From Squalus acanthias (taxonomy: Eukaryota), in NCBI GenBank assembly GCA_030390025.1, contig CM059432.1, positions 85,872,001 through 85,936,000 of the forward strand: a stretch of DNA of 64,000 nt, given 5' to 3'. Positions 1-10,500 of this stretch are shown piece after piece; positions within the stretch are counted from its first letter, which is position 1, and each line of letters opens with the position of its first letter. A program made the position numbers and the translations under genes. The notes under the pieces were generated by a model. That model searched no databases, was not told where the DNA came from, and saw only the letters and a program-made list of their open reading frames with translations.

Positions 1-1174
1 TAGCTGTGGTTTTGATTGCAGTTTAATGCTTGCGCTGCTTAATCAGCATGACTATTTAAATTAATTTTATAATTTTGTTCTTTCTGCATTCTAGTTGATT
101 TTGAGATAATTAAGCAAAGTCACATACCACAAGAGAGATGTGGGGACAGGAGGTGAAGATTCAGTTGGCAGGGTATAAAATATACATTGCTGATTAGCAA
201 TAAAACACCCCATATCAATTAACTGTTGCACAGAATATATAAAAATCGTCCTTGTTCAGCAGAGGGAAAAGTGGTGGATAATGTAATGCTTCCTCTTTCA
301 TTATTTGGCATTGAGCAATCATAATTCAAGTAAGGCATGACTATGTAGAATAAAGCTTCCTCAATTCTGCCCCAATATTACACCTAACTGGAATTTCAGA
401 AGAAATGCATGTTGCTCGTACATTTCTCACAGTAGTCAGTCTCTCTTCCATTAGAATTAATGCAGCAAGTGGTGCTTTCCTGGGTTTGATAGAGAGCAGC
501 GGGAGTTTCATTCTTTATTTGGATGTGCTATTCCTAATGCTAACATTGAGTGCCTAAACTAGAAAAATGTCATGGTATGATATTCCTGGCCAAATAAGAT
601 CCAAAATGCCCCTAGATAAGCATTCCTTTTTATAACCTTTGGCTATTGCCTTATAACTCTATAGCAGATGAGTTAACAGCCAATCCAGTGCCACAAAGTA
701 TATAATATGATGAGCCATTGAAATTTGCACATCTAGTTCACAAGATCACTGGAACACTTCTGTTCTGTTACTGACTCATAACCCTGCATTTCATTTATTT
801 TTAAAGTTGGAGGTCTAATCTACATAACATTACCTACTCCTTGTATTCTATTACCATATAAAATTTACTATTTCCTTTGTTCCAGTCCAAATCTGAAACT
901 ACTCTTGTATGTGTTGCCCTATGAACTTCACCATTCATAAATTTAACTCAACAGCTGACTGACAATACTGGGGTAGGAGGTGTGGGAGAAGGCCAAGTAT
1001 CCCTGGTAACTGACTCACATTAGGTTTATTTATTAATAATTAGAAACACTACCCAATATACCTTTACACTATGCAGTTGCATCTTAAGCTATTCAGTTGT
1101 CAGTCTAACTAGGGAGGACCAATAAATGCTGCTTTGCCATTGCCCACACTCTGAGAACAAATATATTTAAACAG

Positions 1175-1945
1175 TTACTCTGAGGTTACACCTTAATTTA
1201 CCTACTAAATTCTCAAGCTCTTTTTGCAGAACCTGAATTCGAAGGGGAAAAATTGGGTGGCGCCCCTTTTGGGTCGCTAACGTCCCCAAAAATGTTTGCG
1301 CCCCTCCACCCTAAATTCAGTAGTAGCGCCCCAAGCAGGAGGTGGAGCGCTACTGGAAAGCTCAAGGAATGCCGGGCTGAGCGATCGTTGCTGGCACCCC
1401 GCATAAAAAAGGGAAAGGGGACAGGTGCTGGCAGTCGGCCAAAATAAAAATGGCCTGCAGTTTAAGTTGCGCCGCCGCCGCTACAAAAACGCCCCCGATC
1501 CTGTCGGACATATTGTCTGGCGATAGATCAGGGAGTGCAAGGGAAGTTTGCGGCTGGGGCGCTGCGCACGGTGATGACAACATTGCCAGCGGCGCAGCGC
1601 TGTGGGGTGCTACCGCTGCCGCCGCTGACCTCCCGCTGAATTTCACAGGAGGTGTTTGCGGCACCGCGACTGGGTGCTAGGGGATTTGCGCCCCCGGGGG
1701 CACGAACAAGAGGCACAAACCAACCCAATTTTTCCCCCCCTACTCTTTTTCCTGTCATTAGCTCCAACAGGAACTAAGAGTTTTGGGTGATTTTCCTCTC
1801 TTTTGAAGAGCTCTTGCACCTGCTCCATTATTTCTCTTACCCTGGCACCTGGGAAGTTACACACCACTTGGGACTCACATCTACGGTTACCACTGTGAAC
1901 GGTCTACTCCTCTCACTATCTAATATCCCACTACCATTACGTTCC
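1175..1945 (-). mobile_element. Ancient CR1 ORF1 (esterase/SGNH-like) relic interrupted by a MITE
   Basis: Minus-strand VCNFPGARVREIMEQVQELFKREENHPKLLVPVGAND resembles CR1 ORF1 'VCCLPGARV...VVHIGTND'; similarity resumes left of 1244. Confidence 0.6.
1244..1737. mobile_element. GC-rich MITE (PIF/Harbinger-type)
   Basis: Perfect 15-bp TIR GGGGAAAAATTGGGT (1244-1258) / ACCCAATTTTTCCCC (1723-1737). Confidence 0.8.
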
Positions 1946-2984
1946 TGCGCTTAGCTCTTCGCCCCCCCCACCCCCTCCTTGCACCGTGGTACTGTTCATT
2001 GCTTGTGATTTCTCTTCCCACTGTTGCCATCACAGTTCTTCCCAGGCCCAAACAGCTGATCATTCCAGCTGCTATCATTGCAACCCTAGCCTATTTTAAT
2101 TATAGTTTCCTTGCTTGCACTCCCTACCCCAGAAATAATTAACACTTTTTTAAAATTGCCTACACTAAATTGAGCATCATGTAAAGTTTCAAATTCATAT
2201 TGTCATCAATTTTCAAGACACCAGTTTAAAAAAAATTATATGGAAAAACTCTGCACCGCATCTTTTCAATTCTAACTAAAGCCTTTGTGGTTAGTCAGAA
2301 TTTTTTATCTTGTATAACCACAGATAAATGCTAGACATGAACATTGAGCACTGAGTTATATAGTGAAAGAACAATGTCATGAGAATGAAAGATCATTACA
2401 GAGCAAAAATGTTGAGTGCAGCAATTGACAGTACATAATTACTGTGAATATTTTAAACAGTCATGGTAAGGAATTTAGATTAACCACTGTGTTGCTAGTG
2501 AAACCTGAATACGATTAATTTTCTCTTTATCTCTGTATATTTGTAGGTCCAATGCTGTGTACCGAAGAAAACTTGTAGGATTAGACATATCTGTAGGTAC
2601 AGTATAGTATACTGAGTTCCTTTTAAAAATAAAGTTGAATTTTGAAAGATAGTAAAGCCTCTGATTATCACCTTGGTTTTGTTAGTAGAAAATCTGAACA
2701 TTCTAATTTTTGATACCTGTAAGAAAGAGTGAACAAGAGAGATAAAATGTGAGAAGGGGAGACACATACGCAAAAACCCAGCAGGTTGAATTTTGAAATG
2801 AAACGAAGCCTTTACTTATCACCTATACATGGGTTGATCGTGAGAAAATGTAAACATTCTTATGACACTGGAAAAACAGACATACACTTCCAGGAACCGA
2901 TTGCAAAACACCAAATTTAATGTTTGCAGAAACCTCTTAGAAAGTTCAGTGATGATGCATACCAGGAATCTACCAGTGACTCAA

Positions 2985-4270
2985 ACCTGACAGGTAAATC
3001 ATGCATGACTAATCTACTGGAATTTTTTGAGGATGGAACTGGTCGAATAGATAAGGGAGAACCAGTGGATGTGGTGTATTTGGACTTTCAGAAGGCTTTC
3101 GATAAGGTCCCGCATAAGAGATTAGCGTGCAAAGTTAAAGCACATGGGATTGGGGGTAAGGTACTGTCTTGGATAGAGAACTGGTTGGCAGACGGGAAGC
3201 AAAGAGTTGAAATAAATGGGTCTTTTTCCGAGTGGCAGGTAGTGACCAGTTGGGTACCGCAGGGATCGGTGCTAGGACCCCAGCTATTCACAATATATAT
3301 AAATGATCTAGACGAGGGAACTAGATGTAATATCTCCAAGTTTGCAGACGACACAAAGCTGGGTGGGCGTGTGTGCTGTGAGGAGGATGCAGAGAAACTC
3401 CAGTATGATTTGGACAGGTTGGGTGATTGGGCAGATGCATGGCAAATGCAGTATAATGTGGATAAATGCGACGTTATCCACTTCGGTGGCAAAAACAGGA
3501 AGACAGATTATTATCTGAACGGCAATAGATTGGGAAAAGGGGAAGTGCAACGAGACCTGGGTGTCCTTGTGCACCAGTCACTGAAGGTAAGCATGCAGGT
3601 GCAGCAGACGGTTAAGAAGGCAAATGGTATGTTGGCCTTCATAGTGAGAGGATTCGAGTACAGGAGCAAGGATGTCTTGCTGCAGTTGTACAGGGCCTTG
3701 GTGAGACCACACCTTGAGTATTGTGTGCAGTTTTGGTCACCTTATCTGAGGAAGGATGTTCTTGCCATGGAGAGAGTGCAGCCAAGATTCACCAGACTGA
3801 TACCTGGGATGGCAGGAATGACGTATGAGGAGAGATTGGGTCGATTAGGCTTATATTCGCTAGAGTTTAGAAGAATGAGAGGGGATCTCATTGAAACTTA
3901 TAAAATTCTAACAGGGCTAGACAGACTAGATGCAGGAAGGATGTTCCCAATGGCGGGGGAGTCCAGAACCAGGGGTCACAGTCTAAGGATAAGGGGAAAG
4001 CCATTTAGGACTGAGATGAGGAGGAATTTCTTCACCCAGAGAGTGGTGCCCTGTGGAATTCTCTACCACACGACAGTTGAGGCCAATTCATTAAATATAT
4101 TCAAGAAGGAGTTAGATATATGTCTTAAGGCTAAAGGGATCGAGGGATATGGGGAGAAAGCGGGGACAGGGTACTGAATTTGGATGATCAGCCATGATCT
4201 CATTAAGTGGCGGAACAGGCTCGAGGGGCCGAATGGCCTACTCCTGCTCCTATCTTCTATGTTTCTATGA
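2985..4270 (+). mobile_element. 5'-truncated CR1 (HER1-like) LINE with open RT C-terminal ORF
   Basis: ORF 2924..4177 contains [21 protein letters not shown] and FADD; 3' tail gatcagccatgatc...ggccgaatggcctactcctgctcc. Confidence 0.95.
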
Positions 4271-4743
4271 CATTCCACCAGGCATTCTGTCAAACCTTGG
4301 TTCCCCCTCCACAGATCCACTAAACCCCAAATTTACCCTCAACAGTGATGCAAAACCAAAGGACCACCCCCCTTTTTTGTGGGAGGGAAGGAGAGCATTG
4401 TCGTTCACCCTTCTATTTCTCGCCCCAGCCCCCAACTGCCTCCTGCCATGCTGTCTTCACCATGCTTCTCCTTGCTTGCCACTTGCCACACCCATACTGC
4501 CACTACTCTCTGGACCCTCTTACTGCCTCTCGTGACTCCTGCTCAATTTCCCTTCCCCACTCTCTTGTGCCACCTCTCAACACTGTTGCCAAAGCACCCA
4601 TCTGTTACACCCTCCCTTGATTAGCCACGTTCACTTTCCACTGCTCGTGCCACCACACCCAAAGCACCAGTACCAGCACAGAAGCAAGCAGTGGGGGAGG
4701 AAGTGGAATGGTTGTGGGGATGGATCAAGCAGCTTGCCTTTAA

Positions 4744-4900
4744 GTGTCAGCTTGCCTTGGCTGGTAGGACTCATCTGAGTCAGAAGGTTGTGTATTTAAG
4801 TTCCACTCCAGGACTTGAACACAGTTTTTAGGCTGGCACTTCAGTGCAGTTCTGAGGGAGTGCTGCATTATCAGAGGTGCTATGTTTTAGATAAAACATT
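4744..4900 (+). mobile_element. tRNA-derived SINE, 5' part (SacSINE1/DeuSINE-like)
   Basis: Homologous to 9058-9465 and 46268-46720; interrupted by a MITE, with the 3' part at about 5690-5965. Confidence 0.65.
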
Positions 4901-5672
4901 TGGACATAATTTTCTGCAGGAGTGAAGCTAACAACATTTAGCGTTAGTTGGACTTGCCTTTGCATGTTTAGGTTTTTAAATTTTTTACTTGGTAAGTTGC
5001 TGGAAATGAGAGCTGATGACATTGCAGCGAGGGGAAACTGAGCATCTGGGACTTGAGTGAACAGGGCAAGCAACTGTGTATCTCCTTAACCAATCAGATT
5101 GAAGGATTGTGAAATGAACAGCGCAAGACTGAGAAGAAAGTGTAAATTAGAGTGGGTGAATTCAATTTCAAATCAGGTACAGAAAGAGAAATAAAGAGAG
5201 GGAAAGAAAGATTGGATTGAGAGAAAAAAGAGACCGAAAGAAAGGAAAAGTTTTTTAAAAAATTAAAATTTAGCATTTTTACAATTTCCAGCAATTAACA
5301 CCTGTAGGACTGAGACTCCACACTTGTAATAGGTAATTTTCAGTGCCAGGGAGGTTGACTGGCAGTAATTAGCACATCATGTCATTAAAAGGGTACTTAG
5401 ACTGAAATAGACAAGGCTTAAGTTTCTGTGGCAAATTTAGTTCGTATTTAGTACAGCAACTTCATGCTGTTCACTGCATGTCAATGGTGAGGCAGACAGC
5501 GGGATGACATTTTCGCAAAGCTAATGGCGGAGCAGTGCATCTCAGACAGCAACTTTTGGATTTCCTCGTTTCAGCTTGCATCTGCCCTTGCCTGAAGTTG
5601 CTGTAGCATTTGCGCATAAATAAGAGTGAGCGCCATTCGCCTCGCTGTTATTTTGACAGCAAATTATGGCCC
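4901..5672. mobile_element. MITE, family A (about 770 bp)
   Basis: Right TIR GACAGCAAATTATGGCCC with a degenerate left TIR; internal sequence homologous to 59641-60412 and 60424-61145. Confidence 0.75.
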
Positions 5673-6514
5673 ATTAAAGTGGACCATGTGTGCCTGTTCT
5701 GGTGGATGTTAATGCCATGGCGCTATTCAAAGCAGTGCAAAACTTCTCATGGTGTCCTTGACAATATTCCTCCCTTAATCAACAATATCAAAAACATATT
5801 AGTTGGTCATTTATTTCATTTGCTATTTGTAGAATCTGACTATGTATGAATTGGCTGCAGTGTGTGCTGATATAACAGCACACTTCAAAAGTAATTTATT
5901 GTCTGTGAAGCACCTCGGGACATCCATAGGACCAGAAAGGTGCTATATAAATGCAAGTGTGTTCTTTCTCTGAACTTAACCAGATCTGGCAGCTGGGGAA
6001 GTTGATGGGAATGAAGGTGAAGCAAGCTTGCTGGAGGATGGCTTTGGGTTTGTTAAGTTATAGGAAACTTTGGCTCATTCAAAGGGTGGGTGGAGGGGAA
6101 ATTTAAATTTTCCCCCCAACCCAAAGAACTCATTCATGGTGGGAGAAATCTTATTTTTCTCAGAAAAATACACAAATTAAGTTAGTAACATGGATATAGC
6201 TGGCTCAACTGCAAGAAAAAATTAAGCTGAAAAACTGTTGTTAGTTCTTGTGCTGCTAATTTAGATTTTTGACACTCTAAATTCTCCTGATTTCTTTTTT
6301 GTTTTAAGATAAAATAGCATTGAGCTTTTGTCTGTGGAGAACTAACCTCCAATACAGATGTTATTCTCTTCATTATATTTCTCATTCACATTAATCAACT
6401 AGAAAAAGAGAATGATTCTAATGCCTTGATCGTCTTATAGTAGGGTGCATCTAGTTTCACTTATTTAGAAAGGCCACATGTCATACCAGTTATTTTTCCT
6501 TGCTGGGAAGTCAG

Positions 6515-6560
6515 GCTGAGTGATGCAATTGACAGCTGACTCAGTTCCTGTTTAACATTG
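6515..6560 (+). promoter_or_regulatory. Candidate proximal promoter motif cluster (C/EBP-ATF TGATGCAAT; AP-1/ARE-like GCTGACTCAG; forkhead-like TGTTTAAC)
   Basis: Motifs at 6521-6529, 6535-6544 and about 6549-6556 in non-repetitive DNA about 370-400 nt upstream of the ATG; a possible 5'UTR donor AAA|GTGAGT lies at 6696. Confidence 0.3.
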
Positions 6561-6921
6561 TCTTGTTGAATGAACATATGAGCCTTCAGTGACCTCATTT
6601 AATTATAGTTCTTAGCATTAAAACGATGCTCTGGTAACCGAAAGGCTGTCCAACCACAGACCACACTAAGGGATATGAAATGACTGAGAAGCAAAGTGAG
6701 TGATTTAATTAAAGAAAATGAATTCACTGCTAGAGCATAGCTTCCTTTAACGGTAAATGAAAAGTTTATGCTATTTCAATTTAAAATAATGAAATTCAGT
6801 ATGTGCAGATATTTTGTTCAGTTGATTAACCATTTTCTTTTTCTTTTCGCAGGTTAAACTAAGTTACTTAAAAGTGGAAGCTAAAATTGCACTTAATGGA
6901 TACTGAAAGGAAGTAATCAAG

Positions 6922-7524
6922 ATGGAAGATGCTTTTATTGCATTTTGTGGCCTTGCCAACAAAAATGATACCCTTAAACCAAATGAAGTGTCTTTCATTG
7001 AAGAAATTTGTTTCACTGAAGGTGTAAACCTCCTTGTACATCTGGGATTTGTGTTTTGTTCTCTTGTTGGTCTTATTGTGATTAAGTACAAACGGAGTTC
7101 CAGTACGACATTTCATATCGACAGTGGCTTGAGAGGCTGGATCCATTTTCCATGGCACAATATTCGATGGATATTAACATTCTTCTACATTTTTATATCC
7201 GCCTGTTGTGTAGGAGATGGCATTTTGTCACAGTTGTACTCGAAGTTTGACAGACCATTTATTTATATACCAGATGCAGCACAACTAGCCTCTTGTCTCC
7301 TTTCAATCATCTACTATGATGTAGCTGAAAGTGCAAATGCACCCACATTTTTGGTGCTCTTTATCTTCCACTGGCCTGCTGCTTGTAGCATTAATGCATT
7401 TAAGGTGTATCAGCTGTATTCACAGAGGTTCATCACCAGTGATCTGACTTTTCTTCTTGTCTGTATCTTGGTTTCAATCTATGGATTCTTTCTCATTCTG
7501 GAACTCGGCATATTCTTTAAAAAG
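6922..7524 (+). CDS. SUR-like coding exon 1 (entire TMD0, 201 codons)
   Basis: Acceptor ttttcgcAG at 6851-6852; in-frame TGA at 6904 upstream of ATG 6922 (AAGATGG context); donor AAG|GTAAGT at 7525. [10 protein letters not shown]...[15 protein letters not shown] matches SUR TMD0. Confidence 0.93.
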
Positions 7525-10500
7525 GTAAGTCCTGAATTACAATTTGAAACAAAAATTACATTACTTTTTAAAATCCAATTATATTATGGTAATTTTAAAA
7601 CATTGCATGAAATTACTTTGGGCCATTACACCAGCACATAGTGGGCATGATCTTAAAACTGCTCCTAATTTGACACCAATATCCATTAGATTGGTAGACT
7701 GCAGCATGGCTGGTATCAGTAGGGTTGCTGTTTTGAATCTGGGGCTGAGGCAGCAGAGCTTTACTCCATGTCTAATCAAGCTTTGGTGAATTATGGACAT
7801 TCCACTGTAATTAGTAATATGAGAAGATAAGCCAGAAGTTCTTTGACTATAATGGTAAATATTTCAAAGCTGACCTTTCATTATTTTGGCGTTTAAAACA
7901 AATTCTCACGACTGTATAGGATTTGTTGAAAACCGGTTAGTTTTTTTTCATGTATGAACAATATGAGCTTTGCTGATTTTAATGCTATTTGCATTTATAT
8001 CTAAGCCTGCTTGTATTTTTTCTGTGTATTTTACCATTAAATGCTGCTTGAATTTGGGTTGGTATGAGTTAATGTTTTAGACCAGTTGACTCATTTAGAG
8101 GAACAAAATAAGTTTGAGGGTATTAAAGGCCTTCGATTCTTAATTGTAACATGTGGATTTAACTAGAAAACTGAAACTGAGAATACAAGTACTTAATTGT
8201 TATTATTTATGTCATTTTCTTTGCAGTCTTTAAAAATCGACTAAATATAGAATTGTTTTATGTGGGATTGTAATGGTTTTATTTTGTTTTCTTACAGTAT
8301 TGGAGGAAGTAGGTTAAATTGCTTTATCAATTAAATAAAAGGTGTATTGTATGTAATTAGATGCATTGTGTGTGTTTGTGTGCGCGCACGTAAGTATGTA
8401 TTCCATAATTTCACTATTTTCATGAAAAAGTATCGGCAAACTTGGGGCGGGGAGGGAAAAGCAGAACGAAAAGAGCTGCACTGTTTGTCAGAATAATGTT
8501 GCTTTCAAATGACATGATGATATATTTTGGTATAACTGATGTCACTGCATTTGTGTTTTGTGAATATTCAGATTTCCCAACTGCATTATTGCAAAGAATT
8601 TTAAATGCCTTTTGTATACTACTGAAATATGTCATGATTGCAAACAATTTTTGTCAAGTTGTATGCTGAACTAATACGTAATTTATTTAATTTAGGGTTA
8701 CTTCTGTCCAGGGTATTCCAGAGACATCCCACCTTTAGAACTACAAGACCCAGAAAAAAAATTTCATCAACCTTATGTCAATATTTTGTCGCAGATTACC
8801 TACACGTAAGGGGAGATGTGAAGCATTTTCTAAATAAATTTGTTGTCTACAGCTTAATAATGACTGCTGTTCAGTGGTATCCTCCCAAGACTTTACTAAA
8901 ACCGGAATCCAGTGTGAATACATTTTTCTTGATGAATAAGATCAAAATGGTTCAGAAATAATAGAGGCAATTTTTAAAAACATAATTATTGTGAAAATGA
9001 TAGTGTCCAAATCTAAAAGAAATGTCGACTGCAGTTTTTTTTTAAGTGATACATTTAGGTGTCAGTCTTGGCTAAGTAGTAGCACTCTTTCCTCTCAGTC
9101 AGAAGGTTGTGGGTTCAAGTCCCACTCTAGAAACTTGAACACATAATCTAGGCTGACACTTCCGTGCAGTACCAAGGGAGTGCTGCACTGTTGGAGGTGC
9201 CATCTTTGAGTCCCCATGGCACTATTCAAAGAAGAGCAGGGGAGTTCTCCCCATGTCCTTGCCAATATTTATCCCTCAGCCAACATCGCTGAAACCCATT
9301 ATCTAGTCATGTATCTCATTGTTATTCATGAGACCTTGCTGTGTGCAAATTGGCTGTCCTGTTTTCCTGCGTTACAACAGTGACTACACTTCAAAGGTAC
9401 TGGCAGTAAAGCATTTTGGGATATCCTCAGTTCATGAAAGGCACTATATAAATGCAATTCCTTGCCTTTATTTAGTCACAAACCCAGTACGCTTCCAGAC
9501 ATTCTGCACCACGTTGCTGTATTATATAGAATTTCTGGATTGTGAAATTGCAATTTTCCATTATTCAGTTTATCTCAAGTAGTAAGTATTTTGGAGACAG
9601 GTTGTAAGTTGACTGGAATTCAATAACCTGAGAAGACCGAGTAACTCAAGTGATTGGAGGCCAAAAAGATAAAACAAGCGTAATTTTTGCCTGGTAAAAA
9701 TACAATATTCATTTTGGATTTTGAGGAAAGATTGATCCATTTTAATTTTATTTTAAATAAGAATATTCTTTTGAGGCAGTTCTGTACAGCAACACTTCTT
9801 TTAAACTAAGTGTATTGAGAATGATATTTCCTACCTCTTCTTCAGTCCTATACAGCATTACAGAAGGGGAGAGAGTTGATGAGGGTAGTGTGGTTGATGT
9901 TGTGTATATGGACTTTCTAAAGGTGTTTGACAAAGTACCAGGGATTGTATTTTTAAGTGAACTGTTGAAACTTTACATCTTTTATGTTAGGAGATCAGTA
10001 CAATAAATTCTAGAAAACATTAAAGGAAAATTAAAATGGATACAAAATCATAGATTGTGGGTGTGTGATTTTCCAATATGTGCTCCTGGCGGCTGGGAAC
10101 ACGCTATTAGAAAATTTATCCTCAAGTGTTGTTCTGAGTTGTTCAGATACTTGGTTAACAGCAACACTGTGTTCCAGTTCATTAGCCAACTTTACCCCTG
10201 TACCACTGGTTACTATCAAGTTCTAGGTTTGTCCAGCAGAACATCAGTGAAAGCAGACTCCTCCACTAAGAGGTGGAAAGTCTAAATGGAAATAAAGCAG
10301 TGTTTTGTATAAGATAATAGTACTAGCTTAAATAGTTTAACTCCAGGTGTGTGCTTCGAAGTTTCCTTCTGTACTCTATCAACTTTCTGTATATTTTTAA
10401 GTCAAGTACACACCATTTTGTGTTTGTTTTAATTTCAGTTACAGTTTTCTTCCACACCTGAAGGTGCTGTCTCATGCTGGAGTACAGTTCCAAGTGTGAT

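Noticed and set aside
1244..1737. CpG island / promoter of the gene
   Set aside because: Bounded by perfect TIRs and related to 43620-44232, so it is a MITE.
2924..4177. 417-aa ORF as a host gene or domesticated reverse transcriptase
   Set aside because: It is the 3' half of CR1 ORF2 with a non-ATG start in flanking DNA and a standard CR1 tail; many near-identical copies occur in the window.
7525..7641. C-terminal 38 aa of the 239-aa ORF (a stand-alone TMD0 protein)
   Set aside because: Read-through past a consensus donor (AAG|GTAAGT); SUR homology continues at 8696.
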